Counted from the whole stretch's first letter, positions 11,555 through 25,570 are shown. The stretch: 63,635 nucleotides of DNA, filler included, from Octopus bimaculoides (GCF_001194135.2; 9 parts of 7 records of this genome joined end to end with filler, not necessarily neighbours in it), one strand, 5' to 3'. The notes: generated by a model not told the origin, from the letters alone. A program made the numbers and translations.

Positions 11555-12729
11555 CTCACATCCGCACACATACATGCGTGGACAGAGCCGTCTTCACCTC
11601 TTTAATTATTCCATAGTCATTTAATTCTTCATCCAGTCGTTCATCTATTATTNNNNNNNNNNNNNNNNNNNNNNNNNNNNNNNNNNNNNNNNNNNNNNNN
11701 NNNNNNNNNNNNNNNNNNNNNNNNNNNNNNNNNNNNNNNNNNNNNNNNNNNNNNNNNNNNNNNNNNNNNNNNNNNNNNNNNNNNNNNNNNNNNNNNNNNN
11801 NNNNNNNNNNNNNNNNNNNNNNNNNNNNNNNNNNNNNNNNNNNNNNNNNNNNNNNNNNNNNNNNNNNNNNNNNNNNNNNNNNNNNNNNNNNNNNNNNNNN
11901 NNNNNNNNNNNNNNNNNNNNNNNNNNNNNNNNNNNNNNNNNNNNNNNNNNNNNNNNNNNNNNNNNNNNNNNNNNNNNNNNNNNNNNNNNNNNNNNNNNNN
12001 NNNNNNNNNNNNNNNNNNNNNNNNNNNNNNNNNNNNNNNNNNNNNNNNNNNNNNNNNNNNNNNNNNNNNNNNNNNNNNNNNNNNAAACAAACAAACAAAA
12101 ATAACGAGAGCAAAATTGGAAAAGGTGAGAAAGGAAAAAGGAGAAAAAGGAAAGGAAAAAAGAGAGAAAAACGAGAAGACAAATAATACTAATAACAACA
12201 ACAACAACAATAATAATATTAATAATAATAATAATAATAACAATAGTGAGCAAGGTAAAGGATTTATGACGGAGCTGGGAGTTAGTTAACTTAGCGAAGG
12301 ACTAGTTGTCTTTGAAGTAGATAAACGATTTAGCCTGTATTATTGTATTAGGAGGCTCTTTTTGGCGGATTAGACGGGCGTTGTCTATAGGAATTGACTA
12401 CTAGACAGGCCACAGGAATTAGATTTTGAAACGACTTTTTTCTTTTTTTTCTTTCCTTTTTTCTTTTTTGTTTCATTTTTTTTTTTTTTTTTTTAGCAGC
12501 TTAACGTATTCTAACTGTCAATCTGAACTCACTTTCACTTACCCACCAACCATCCCAACCCATCCAGCCATCTTTACCGCTCCAACTTCTTCTCTTTTCC
12601 CTCATCCTCTCTACTTATCTACCTGTAATTTATTTTTCATGCATCCTCTTCTACCCCCACCTTCATCTCTTCATCCTTATTATCATTTATTTCTATTATC
12701 TCTCATTCTCTCTCTCTCACTCGCTCTGA

Positions 12730-12760
<31 letters not shown>

Positions 12761-14073
12761 ATATATATATATATATATATATAATCCGCTCCATTAATCT
12801 ATTTAGCACATTACAGTAAGAGTTTAGTTATCCAAATCAAAATGCTTAATACTTGGCATTAGATTATCCATTGGCCGTCACACTTGTGTTTCTGACAGGA
12901 CTGTACTGGCGAAGCCAAATTTGCTCACATCTAAGGACTGACCGCTGACTGATCACTGACTGACCGTGAACTAATTACAGTTCTAAATATAGACATGTGC
13001 CACAGGGGCAACAAAAAAAGTAAAAAGGACTGGAAAAAAAAAAATTACCGAATAATATGTTATTGAATTTCAGTCTGCGGTATCAATATTATTATTTAAA
13101 AAACCCAAATCATAAAAATTGACATTGAAAATGAACTTGAGCTGACCAGTATGAAGAAATTAATGTTGAATTCGAATTTTTTCAGGTAATAATAAATATT
13201 CTAAGTGTAATGGAATTATAAGGAACGCGATGCGTCGAAACATTCTTTTTGCCAGAGAATTTACGTATTCTTTTCTACCCTAGGTACAAGGCCCGATATT
13301 TTGGGGGAGGGGGCCAGTCGATTAGATCGACTTTCGTACTCGACTGGTACTTAATTTATCGAAAAGATGAAAGACAGACTTAATACCCCGAAGCATTTCG
13401 CCCGACGTGCTAACGTTTCTGCCAGCTCGGCGCCTAGAGAGAATTCACATATAAAATACCTGATATTTAAATCACATTTAGACAGGTCTTTAAGGAACCA
13501 TATCCAAGTGTTTAAGAGTCTGGTGGTCTTATGTGTGTGTATACGCGTGTGTGTATGTGAATGTGTTCGAGTGTATGCTGTGTTGATAGTAATTTAGGGG
13601 ATTACAGTGATTTTGCTGCGACTATAATGTACTCCCACCGATGTCGCATTTCCTCTACCGTCGGGATCCCAAGGTGGGGCAGAGTATTTACATCCCGCTG
13701 TACTATGCTAGTCCAATGCGTACCAGTCCGGATTGGCTGTTGATTATATCGATTCTAATATTCAGCTGTTGTTATATTTTATCGACGGCGGAAGGATGAA
13801 AGGGAAAGTCGACATAGGCGGGATTTTGAGCTCAGAATATAAAGCGCTAGGAGAATTACTGCAATGTATTGTCTCCGACATTCTAACAATTCTGCCAATC
13901 CACCGACACACACACACACACACACATGCATACACGCACACACGCACACACGCAATGGTGAGAATGTTAAGAGAACCAGATCAAAGCTTATAATTGGATC
14001 CGAAGCTCAACAAGAATAGGATTATTGGTATTGTTGTAAGTGATATCTATTGTGTGTGAGTGTGTGATTCTAC

Positions 14074-14121
<48 letters not shown>

Positions 14122-17100
14122 ACGTGCGTGCGTGCGTGTGTGTGTGTATGTGTGTGTGTGTGTGCATGTCTGTGGTGTTATGTGTACTTCTGTGTGCGTG
14201 CTATGTACAGACATGTGTTTGTTTAATCTTGATCAATTTGATGTGTTTTTTTTCACTAAAACACACGCACAATTACGTTTATTTCAAGTNNNNNNNNNNN
14301 NNNNNNNNNNNNNNNNNNNNNNNNNNNNNNNNNNNNNNNNNNNNNNNNNNNNNNNNNNNNNNNNNNNNNNNNNNNNNNNNNNNNNNNNNNNNNNNNNNNN
14401 NNNNNNNNNNNNNNNNNNNNNNNNNNATATATATATATATATATAACGGATGCCAATATCATACTTGTGTGAAAGGCAATAATGAAGCGATAGAAAGTAT
14501 TCATTAATGTTGGATAGAATGGAGTAACATTTACTCAAAGCTGAGTCTGTGTGAGTCGCAGCTTAGAGTTTCCCCTTCCCGGGACTCAGACGACTCATGA
14601 TATCGTATTTGAAGTTATATTATATGTGCATCGCTTGAGCCTGTGTAATCACGCTGGAAGTAACATGCCGGGTATTTTTTGCTTCATATCCGGGTATATA
14701 AAGGCGTATAAAAATTCAAAGCATAACTGTAGAAGTAATTTTACTGCTAAGGTAATTGTCTGTAGGAAATTTTCTAGAGAAAATTCTAATGAGGAAGTGC
14801 TTGAAAGATAATCATTTGAAGATCACTGTAGTGAATCTATGGATGGAAAATTATGAAGAAATCTAGAAATGGGAGAATAGAAAGGTATTTGATATGAATT
14901 TCTGTGTCGAATTTTAACAAGGAACATTCGCTCAAGTCGTTTTGTCTCTCGGGGTGGTATATGATTATAGAAACAAATATATTTATAATTGTATGTGTAT
15001 TCTCTTATGTATTCTGTTCCATTTAGCTAGAGACATGTATTACAGAAAATATGAAATTATAAATAATTTTTGTCTAATCATAAACCCAGCTTTATCGTAA
15101 ATTCCTTGTTAAAGACAATGAACCTTTGCAAAAACCAAAATTAAAAACAAATGACCCCACCCACCACCATCACCACAGTATACTCTCCAATCCCTAGTTT
15201 TCACGTACTTGTACACTCACAGATTTAGCGCAGTGGAACCTTCATAATAACGTTTTAGTAGAAATCTTTTTATCATAATCTTATAAGTAGAATTTCTTTT
15301 AATAAACGTTTATTTTCACACATTGTTATATGTTTTTGAATGGGATTAGTAATTCCAGCCAAAATTTTCTCAAGGCGGCTCACTGTGTTACGAAGGAAAA
15401 TTTCAAATATATCTCGTACCATCAGTCGTTTGAGAATCGGGAACGAGGAACAGCGAGTAGTGAATCATACAAACTCAGTTGTTACACAGGCGCACACACA
15501 AACACACCCAACGCGCGTACGCACACACACACACATACACGCACATACATACACACGTATGTACGTATGTATGTATGCATGTATGTACAATATGTGTAAT
15601 GGATTTTTAGCCTCTCTTATGTAATTACTCTGAAATAGATAACGATTTTTTAAACTTTCTCCGCCAGAAGGTCAAGTTATTTAGGTTAATGGGATAAAGT
15701 TGTTAGAATTGTTGCTCGAATATTGTAAGTTTATCAGAGAGCAAAGAAACCAATCAAAGCGGAATATGAACTCAGTACAGTGAAGATTGTGTAATGTGCA
15801 GCATGTACAGTACAAGGTTTTAGAGGCTGTACATTTGTAAGGGATATGTTTAGTGCTAACTATTCCTATTTGTATCCATCTTTCCAATGAGTGAGAGACG
15901 GAGTCCAACAGTGGAAGCATTTGAACTCATAACGCAGATGGTTCAAATTAATTCAAACTGACCTACTTTTTAATATTCATTGGAAGTTATGTGAAAGGTG
16001 AGAACAATGACCTTGCCAGAAACATATGAATACACCGGAAATGATCAGGTACAAACGACCAATAAAAGTCTTAGACACTGGAGAAGTCTGATACTCCAGT
16101 ACCCGGGAGAATATTTCTCTCAGTCGAACGAAATCATGTCTCCAGAATTTGAAGTGCTTCTACTTCAACTCGGCTGGGGGTCTACATTTATCACAAACTC
16201 GAGACTATACTCGCTGGTGGTTGTATTCTGCTGCACTCCTTTAACTTCAGCTTTGGCCTCGTTTTCACACTGATCCTCAATCCAATTACGCATAGTTTTT
16301 GCACAATTTCTGTCGTTTCTGTTGCCGTCGACATTCTTATTCATGGTGGTGTTATTGCTGTTCCTTTGTTTAACCTCAGCATGGCCCTGATCGAGATGTC
16401 TCTATGAATAAAGGCGTTCCGTCGGTGACCATTTCGTGTTATATTTTCAAACATGTTGTATCTGACTGAACGTAATCCAATGTCCTACTTACTTTTAAGA
16501 AAATAGGACGATTTGACGTAAATTTTCCTATTATATTTAGCAATTTCAGTGCTGTTCACATTATTCTTAATCAGTTTATTATTTTATCTGTTTCTCTCTT
16601 CAAATAGAAGAGAGTCGCTTCTCTCTTTCTTCTGGTACTAATCGCCCACTACTTCCGCCGCCATTTGTAAAAACAAGACATCCTAAAATGTTGTCTCACT
16701 GGTCGAGTAATGACACATAAAATTAATAAAGTTAATTTTCTGGGCAAATTAGAAGACATTCCTCGGCAACTGTCTCACCATCTTCTACTTATATTTCCAA
16801 TGCAATGACATAAATAAAATGTAACATATCTGATGATGAATATATATATTCTCTGGCATACAAATCAACGCAGTTTATTGTGTAAACATGGAATGCAAAC
16901 ATTCAAACACCATCACTGTCTTTCTAAATCCTGCTGCATTTCACATTGAATTTTTGGTCTTCTAAAGTCGTCTTGAATAATGATAATAATAATTCTGTCT
17001 GAGGTCCTTGTGCCTTGACAGATGACTAAAGACTCCGGTGCATTTTTACCTACACTGTGTTACGAAGGAATAACAATAACAATAATAATAATAATGATAA

Positions 17101-17644
17101 TATTTCTGTAATACGAACAAGGCCAGAAATTTGGGGTGGAGGTGGGGGGGGCAATCGATTATATCGATATTCTCTAGAAATGTATGTATGTATGTATGTA
17201 TGTATGTGTATATGTATGTATGTGTATATGTATGTATGTGTATATGTATGTATGTATGTATGTGTATGTATGAATGTATGTGTATGTATGAATGTATGTG
17301 TATTATGAATGTATGTGTGTATGCATGTGTATATGTATGTAAACACGCACATATCTATATATATGTAGTATGGAAAGATAAAATAACTCTACAAGTTCAT
17401 TTGAAGTAAATTTATTGGTCTTTGAGTAAACACACGTACGTTATGTTTCACTCACAATATTTTCAAAACACGTGGTCTTTTAGAACATGGCTAAGGAGTG
17501 AAGCATAATGAAAATGTAAAATGAAATCAAGGAGGGAAAGTAAAGAGGACCTTTTTTTTTATTGCATTTGATATTTTTTACAAGTGGCTTTACGCACGCA
17601 GACACACACACACACGCACACACATACACACACGCACACACACA

Positions 17645-17682
<38 letters not shown>

Positions 17683-17947
17683 TATACAGGTTAACCTGAA
17701 TCCTGTCGACAATTTTTTCAAACACATAAGTAATACATAACTATGGACCAGCCCCTATGGAAAGATTGAAAGAACAGCGGTAGGGGAGAGAAAGAGAGAG
17801 AGAGTCAGAGAGAGAGAGAGAGAGGGGGGAGCGAGAGAGGGGTGAAGTTGGACGGGAAAAGAAACAGAAGAGGAGGGAAAGGAAAGAAATAAAAGGAGAA
17901 AGAGGAAGAGATTTGAGAGGTGATATATATCAGAGAAAGAGAGAGAG

Positions 17948-17978
<31 letters not shown>

Positions 17979-18310
17979 TAGAGAGAGAGAGAGAAAGAGA
18001 AAGAGAGAAAGAGAGAGAGAGATAAAGATAGAGAGAATGAGAGAGAGAGATAATGGGAAAGAGAAAGACGAAAGGTGAGGCAAATAAATCGATGAAGAGG
18101 GAATACGTACAAAGAACCCAAAGTATATATATATATATATATATGGATGCATATATACGTGTACATATATATATCTATACACATACACACACGCACATAC
18201 ACATATATGTATTATGAAATATACAGACACAAGCACACACATACATGGCTATATATACACACATATACACACGTACATACATGAACATGAACATATGTAT
18301 ATACATACGC

Positions 18311-18352
<42 letters not shown>

Positions 18353-18965
18353 TCAGATATGCATACACATATACATACGCACACATATATCTACATGAAG
18401 CGAAGGAGAGGGAGAAAGAGAATGAGAGAGAGTGAAAAAGAGAGAGAGAGAGATGACTTGCGAGATGAGATAAGCATATGTTCCCCCAATTAAAGCCATA
18501 TCTGTCATTGGTGGCTTGTTAATCCGTAGTTAGCGGATTTAGGTGTCGTTAATAGCATTCTGTCTACTACAGCCGAAGGCAAGGGATTAATCTATAAGCG
18601 AAATCGAGCTATGTGACCGTTTGACCTGCAAGAAATGGTAGTCAAATCTAGAACAAATCGCAGATTTATAATCCAAAAATGGAAGAAGTTAAACAATATT
18701 GTCCTAGATACAAAGAAGAAATAAGAAAGAAAAAAGAAGAGAAGGAAAGAGAAGGATGCCTGGGTCACAGCTAGAATACCTTTGATCATAGGCTTGCTGG
18801 AGCAAAGTCGGCCTGGGGTTAAATGACAACAGTAACAACAACAACAATGGTCAACGATTTGTTGTTGTTGTTGTTGTTGGTGATGATGTCGGAGGTGGCG
18901 GAATAATGTATTATTAAGAGGTGGGGAGGTGGGGGACAGTGACTCTGAAAGAATATGGAGAGGGT

Positions 18966-19021
<56 letters not shown>

Positions 19022-19329
19022 AGTAAGAGAGAAATGAATTGAGACACAGAGAGTGAAAAGCCAGCGATTCAGGAAAATGGCGTAGACAGGTTAACGAGTT
19101 GCGATGGAAGCAGCTAAAAAGAAAGGAATAATAGATGCAGGCAGCTTTGTGTATGCATGTGTGTGTATGTATGTATGTATGTGTGTGTGTATGTATGTAT
19201 GTATGTATGTATGTATGTATGTATGTATGTGTGTAGACCTCGTCAGTGAAGCATAGAGTACTCCTTTGGCAAGACTTAGAAATGATCCATACACACACAC
19301 TCACACGCATGTATATTATATATATATAT

Positions 19330-19422
<93 letters not shown>

Positions 19423-21129
19423 NNNNNNNNNNNNNNNNNNNNNNNNNNNNNNNNNNNNNNNNNNNNNNNNNNNNNNNNNNNNNNNNNNNNNNNNNNNNNN
19501 NNNNNNNNNNNNNNNNNNNNNNNNNNNNNNNNNNNNNNNNNNNNNNNNNNNNNNNNNNNNNNNNNNNNNNNNNNNNNNNNNNNNNNNNNNNNNNNNNNNN
19601 NNNNNNNNNNNNNNNNNNNNNNNNNNNNNNNNNNNNNNNNNNNNNNNNNNNNNNNNNNNNNNNNNNNNNNNNNNNNNNNNNNNNNNNNNNNNNNNNNNNN
19701 NNNNNNNNNNNNNNNNNNNNNNNNNNNNNNNNNNNNNNNNNNNNNNNNNNNNNNNNNNNNNNNNNNNNNNNNNNNNNNNNNNNNNNNNNNNNNNNNNNNN
19801 NNNNNNNNNNNNNNNNNNNNNNNNNNNNNNNNNNNNNNNNNNNNNNNNNNNNNNNNNNNNNNNNNNNNNNNNNNNNNNNNNNNNNNNNNNNNNNNNNNNN
19901 NNNNNNNNNNNNNNNNNNNNNNNNNNNNNNNNNNNNNNNNNNNNNNNNNNNNNNNNNNNNNNNNNNNNNNNNNNNNNNNNNNNNNNNNNNNNNNNNNNNN
20001 NNNNNNNNNNNNNNNNNNNNNNNNNNNNNNNNNNNNNNNNNNNNNNNNNNNNNTATATATATAGTCAATAAAACATGTAGCTGTGGTTGTGAGAGTCGAT
20101 TACATCAATTACATCCATTCTCTATGAAGAGATATAGTCTCAAACCAAAGTTGGTTATCCTCTTCCTTCTCCTCCATTTTTCCATCACCACCACTGCCAT
20201 CATGATCATTCTCACCGTCGTCATTAGCAGCAGCAACAATAACAACATTATAATAAAAATAAAACGACCAATAATAACAGCCACTCGATGTGCCTGTGGA
20301 TATTTTGTCAGAAGAGTATACAGCACCTCGAAATACGTAATTTATTTTAAAGTTGTATCTTTTTGTTCAGTGTTCGATTCATGAGACTCTTGCAAATTCC
20401 ACATGGGTAATATTTAAGGTGCAATCTTAGGAGAAATGATTCTTTGCAAGTTGAATTCTTTATGACATTTAATATCGTCTGTTCGTGAATTGAAAGCCGC
20501 TGTCTTAATTCTTTTAGGTTTACGCCAAGAAACCTAGAAATAAGTAAATTTAACTATAATCCTCGAAATAAATACAATCCTGGCCTCACTGAATTACGGT
20601 TTCCTATCAATCAATCAATCAATCCATCTATCTATCTATCTATCTCGGTCCCTTTTGATCGACACCCACCCCTACCTTTTTTTTCCCTTCCCCCTCCCAA
20701 AAAGAAAAGCTCTACATTGTATTTGTCCCAGCTTTGTTGAGCCCTGTGTGGCTAATAAAAGAAATGTATCTATCAGTCTCTACCTCTGTGTGTTCTTGTG
20801 TCTGTCTGTCTTTGTCTGTCTGTCTGTCTTTGTCTGTCTGTCTGTCTTTGTNNNNNNNNNNNNNNNNNNNNNNNNNNNNNNNNNNNNNNNNNNNNNNNNN
20901 NNNNNNNNNNNNNNNNNNNNNNNNNNNNNNNNNNNNNNNNNNNNNNNNNNNNNNNNNNNNNNNNNNNNNNNNNNNNNNNNNNNNNNNNNNNNNNNNNNNN
21001 NNNNNNNNNNNNNNNNNNNNNNNNNNNNNNNNNNNNNNNNNNNNNNNNNNNNNNNNNNNNNNNNNNNNNNNNNNNNNNNNNNNNNNNNNNNNNNNNNNNN
21101 NNNNNNNNNNNNNNNNNNNNNNNNNNNTT

Positions 21130-21255
21130 ATATTATTATTACTATCATTATTATTATTATCATTATTATTATTATTATTATCATTATTATTATTATTATT
21201 ATTACTATTATTACTATTATTATTATTACTATTATCATTATTATTATTATTATTA

Positions 21256-21323
<68 letters not shown>
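21130..21323. repeat. (ATT)n microsatellite, representative of many simple repeats
   Basis: Direct reading. Others include (TA)n 1-54, (AAG)n about 1432-1470, (GA)n 1579-1635, (CA)n about 28073-28167, (TAC)n/(TAT)n 29752-29903, (GATA)n about 36625-36712, degenerate (ATCT)n about 46130-46720 and (AAT)n 58712-59067. Confidence 0.98.
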
Positions 21324-21325
<2 letters not shown>

Positions 21326-21510
21326 GCATGATATCAAGAAATAAGGCGGCGTCAATGACATTTGCACACTTGCTGACCGCTCAGTCACATGACAATAATG
21401 ACCATGCTTGCTAGCGTCGTTGCTTTCATTACATAAGTGTAATAGTGGTAGTGGTGATGATGAGGGAAGCTGTGTGCTATTAGTAGTAGTAGTGATAGTA
21501 GTAGTGGTGC

Positions 21511-21543
<33 letters not shown>

Positions 21544-21809
21544 CAGTAGCAGTAGTAGTAGTGGTGGTGGTGGTGGTGGTGGTGATGGGGAAGGATGATG
21601 AAGAACAAGTGTAATTTTAGTCTGTAGCGTCGTACAGAATCAGTTAATCCTCTCAAGGAATGACTAAACACATAAATATAACCGAAGAGACTTCGTAGGC
21701 ACGTACACACACAAACACACTGACGTTTATGCATTCACACACACACACAAACACACACACACACACACACACACACATGTGTGAGTATACATGCATATGT
21801 AATATATAC

Positions 21810-21888
<79 letters not shown>

Positions 21889-21932
21889 TGCATACATACA
21901 TGCATACATACATACATACATACATACATACA

Positions 21933-21964
<32 letters not shown>

Positions 21965-23143
21965 CATACCCACCAGTTCTGGTGCTAAATAGAATATTTA
22001 AGAAATTAAAGTAGAATAACATCTCTTTCTTATTTTTTCTTACTCTTTCCATCTCTTCTTTCTTTTTTTTTCTTTTCTCTTCTCTCTCTCTCTCAGCTAA
22101 ACACTGTCCACTCATGTATAAGCATTTATAACGCGCGCACGCCATCTTCCAGATTCATAAGCACACACGCATGCACATATACATAAAGTGTAGATGGATG
22201 CGTTAGTTAAGCAAGCGCTCACCAACACCAATAAAGTCTGGCTAGACCCTGCCCCAACCCCCGAACACACGTATACTCTCACATATAGACGTATTCGTAT
22301 ATAAACTCTGATATGCTTACAATATACATAGATGTCTATATAACAACAGGCATACGTATTACACATGTCCCTTTATCGTCTTAGTTACAACATATACGAA
22401 CACACAAATACACATGTACACATACAGGCGCTCATATATACTTATGCGTATGTATGTGTGAGTAGATGTATTACTGCAGGAATTATTAATCTCTGTCTTT
22501 GAGTCTGCTACGAACTGGTAAAGCTCATTACTGCATTACAGTTTTAATTATGGGATAGAAGCTAGTTTAGTTTCGAGGAGAGAGAGAGAAGGTGGTATAT
22601 TGACTACTCGCATTTCCCAATGTTTATCAGCTACACAAACGCACACACGTTCTCACACGCGTTTCACACAGACAGTTGTACAGACGACAAAAAGCAGCAC
22701 TCAACATATATCACTGAGGTTATATACTTGTGTTAATAGTTTTATTAAGAACTACATTACTTAAAGTTCCACTGACACAAAAATGCATGTGTGTGAGATT
22801 TTGGGCAATGCAATTCTGAGGCATTTTGTGAAGGCAGATGTATACACACACGTGATATATATATATATACTTCATTTTTGTATCTGGTTTGAAAGATGTT
22901 TTTATGTGAATTCGTGTGTTGGAGCAAATATTTTGTGTGAAAATGGAGAGTAGTACTTTTAACACAACTTGAAATACAAAACTAAAACAGAAGAGAAGAC
23001 ATCCATAAGGTGCGCAGAACTATGCTTGATAGTGCAGTGAAAGCACACTGGCAATAAAAACTGAATGGTAATAATAATGATGATGATGATGATAATGATG
23101 ATGAATCTGCTCTTATTTGTCGCAATATCTTTAAAGACATACG

Positions 23144-23211
23144 TTTTCTTTTGGTTTTGCAGGTAGAATCCCTAGTACTCCAGCACAAACTTTGTCACCC
23201 AAACACCGAAA
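23144..23211 (+). other. Probable 3' splice site and 5' UTR part of the first coding exon of rhodopsin
   Basis: TTTTCTTTTGGTTTTGCAG ends at 23162, 49 nt before the ATG. No TATA or initiator is evident nearby. Confidence 0.6.
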
Positions 23212-23396
23212 ATGGTCGAATCAAGCACGTTAGTGAACCAGACATGGTGGTATAATCCAACCGTAGACATCCATCCTCATTGGGCCAAGTTCGATCCGAT
23301 CCCAGATGCCGTCTACTATTCAGTTGGTATTTTCATTGGTGTTGTTGGCATCATTGGAATCTTTGGTAATGGTGTTGTAATCTATCTTTTCTCCAA
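23212..23396 (+). CDS. Rho: Rhodopsin (cephalopod Gq-coupled r-opsin), coding exon 1
   Basis: ATG at 23212 translates MVESSTLVNQTWWYNPTVDIHPHWAKFDPIPDAVYYSVGIFIGVVGIIGIFGNGVVIYLFS(K), the N-terminus and TM1 of octopus rhodopsin. Phase-2 donor AA|GTAAGT at 23397. Confidence 0.98.
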
Positions 23397-24060
23397 GTAA
23401 GTATAAAAAAAACAAAAAGGAAGTAATTTTAATAAATGGTTGTTGTTGTTGTTGTTGTTGTTTAAGTCGCATTTTTAATTAGTCATTACATTATAACTAG
23501 GATCACACGGTTTCAATCACAATATATGTAGCATTACATTATTGAAACTGCATTTCCCTTTTTAAGCCGGTATGATGTAATTTGAGAGATATTTGGCTGC
23601 TATTTTTAGCTGGCAGAGTGAGTGTGACCACGTTGAGGCTTTCTCGTTGACTTCTCTCACGTTTTGGGCGATGACAAATCAACCAAGTGAAATTAAAATA
23701 AAAAGTTCATAGTGTTTTTGAATAGAAAGCTGGCCCAGGGCAACCATCTGTGCTTGTTGTTGATGTTGTGTTGTTTAATATCAGGTCAGCTTAGCTGAGG
23801 AGATCTAACAACGAGATGTCAGCCATGACCACCCTCCCTTTTTCTTATGTGCAGGGAACCTACAATAATGAAATCCACCATGACCTCTTTTTTTTTTTTT
23901 TGAGGTAAGAGGGTGCGATTTCTGCCGATTTAAGTGATTTCATAGAAGCTTCCTCGTATTCTCGGGTGAACTCATTAGACGCCATGATGTTTCTTAGAAT
24001 GTTATCAGGGTCAAAGATTTCTCGGCACGATTTATCGCACGTTCACTTCAAGTGCAGTCG

Positions 24061-24151
24061 TGAAGTACAGCTTTGAAGTACAGCTTTGAAGTACAGCTTT
24101 GAAGTACAACTTTGAAGTACAGCTTTGAAGTACAGCTTTGAAGTACAGCTT
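24061..24151. repeat. 13-bp minisatellite (TGAAGTACAGCTT)x7 in rhodopsin intron 1
   Basis: Seven tandem units counted directly, with one mismatch in unit 4. Confidence 0.97.
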
Positions 24152-24680
24152 GATCATGCTTTAGCTAGCAATGAGTAACAAAATAATTACTCACGTTGGT
24201 AGAAGGTCATAAATTTATGCAATCAGGTATATTCAATTACCATCATACCTGATTGATTTAATCGGTTATAGATTGATAAGAACATTTCTACCCAGATGAC
24301 CAAGCTGTAAGCAGGACCTTCATCCTCGTTACCCAAAGAACTGGGCTCTAATCTCCTGCGAGCAAGTTCATCTTACTTTTATTCGTATGATTACTTCTAG
24401 AGGCTTCTTTCCAACATAAATCACATCAACACTAATAATAAATATTTGCAAGACTTTCATTTTATCATTTACCCTTGTTGTCAATATAAAATATAAACTT
24501 ATGCATAATGAAATGTATTGTAGGAAGTCCTATAACATTTATCAAATAATTAATTTCTTCCATGTTTACCTAAAACGAATCTTTGAATAAAAAAAGCCAG
24601 CAGTAATTATGAATGTGACGTAATTGACATCTGATTTCCACAAATCATCTTTTTTTCTTTTCTTCCTTCTTCTTTTCCAG

Positions 24681-24817
24681 AACGAAATCTCTCCAGACCC
24701 CGGCTAACATGTTTATCATCAACCTCGCTATGTCTGATTTGTCTTTCTCGGCTATTAATGGATTTCCGCTTAAAACGATATCAGCGTTTATGAAAAAGTG
24801 GATTTTCGGTAAAGTTG
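24681..24817 (+). CDS. Rho: Rhodopsin coding exon 2 (137 nt, absent from the ORF track)
   Basis: Pyrimidine tract + CAG acceptor ending 24680. Reads (K)TKSLQTPANMFIINLAMSDLSFSAINGFPLKTISAFMKKWIFGKV. Phase-1 donor G|GTAAGT at 24818; phases join exons 1 and 3 in frame. Confidence 0.98.
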
Positions 24818-25349
24818 GTAAGTATTTATTTTCCTTTTTTCCACTTCGTACTGGGCTTCATTGCATTAGTTACTCTTAACGATCTAGAAATCTGGGAAAT
24901 ATTAGTCTCAAAGTTTGGCACAAGGCCTTTGAAGGAGGCTGAGATGTTATTCCTATCTGGCGGAAAGACAAACTGACGTTGGTGACAGAAATATGGTTAC
25001 TATTGTTAAGGCTCCTTGGTCAGACCTTATCCAACAAATCTATGAGCGAAATCATTATAGTCGAGTTCATGCCATCTTATTTTCAGGTACAGTATATCTA
25101 GGACTACATTATCCATTATTTCTTCTTAAACTGGCAGTATAAGATCTCCAGCGTGTTTGGGTGCAAGTAGAGCGACTATATCAGAACACCTGCCTGTTGC
25201 TAAGCTCTGAATGGAGCACACCTTCGATTAAAAACATCGCATCTAAAGCCATCCGATCGAATGCAATCTAATCTTGGATGGTTATGTACTCTTTAAGGGA
25301 GAATCGACTGCTGCTTTTAAGTCAAGCGATCACAAACACGCTTGGCTCA

Positions 25350-25570
25350 AGAAGGCCTGGTTACTGGTATTGTTTAGTTCCAAGTCAGCCTTAGTCGAGT
25401 ACGCCTACATTAAAAGGTGTTCCGGCTGTGATCATCTCATCATTTTTCTGTGTGAAGGATATCCAAGATCACATTATTCAATGTGTCCTTTTCTAAATCA
25501 AAGGAGTAATTTCAAAATAATTTAGGTATTATTTCTAGCAGATCAAGCTATCACATAGAGGCTCCCTTAT
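25350..25570 (-). mobile_element. Interspersed repeat (family C, SINE-like) in rhodopsin intron 2
   Basis: Shares GTCAGCC..GACC..ACATTAT(C/T)CAATGTGTCC..ATTTCTAGC..GAGGCT motifs with copies at about 16350-16545, 18595-18847, 23553-23654, 23750-23840, 24990-25160, 47990-48110, 51780-52290 and 56160-56260. Confidence 0.7.

Noticed and set aside
14690-14757. TATATAAA followed by a possible donor AAG|GTAATT as the rhodopsin first exon
   Set aside because: The surrounding sequence looks like a DNA-transposon interior, and both motifs are common at this AT content.
24221-24254. 10-bp stem AATCAGGTAT/ATACCTGATT in rhodopsin intron 1
   Set aside because: Short AT-rich hairpins of this size are expected by chance; no link to splicing or editing is visible.
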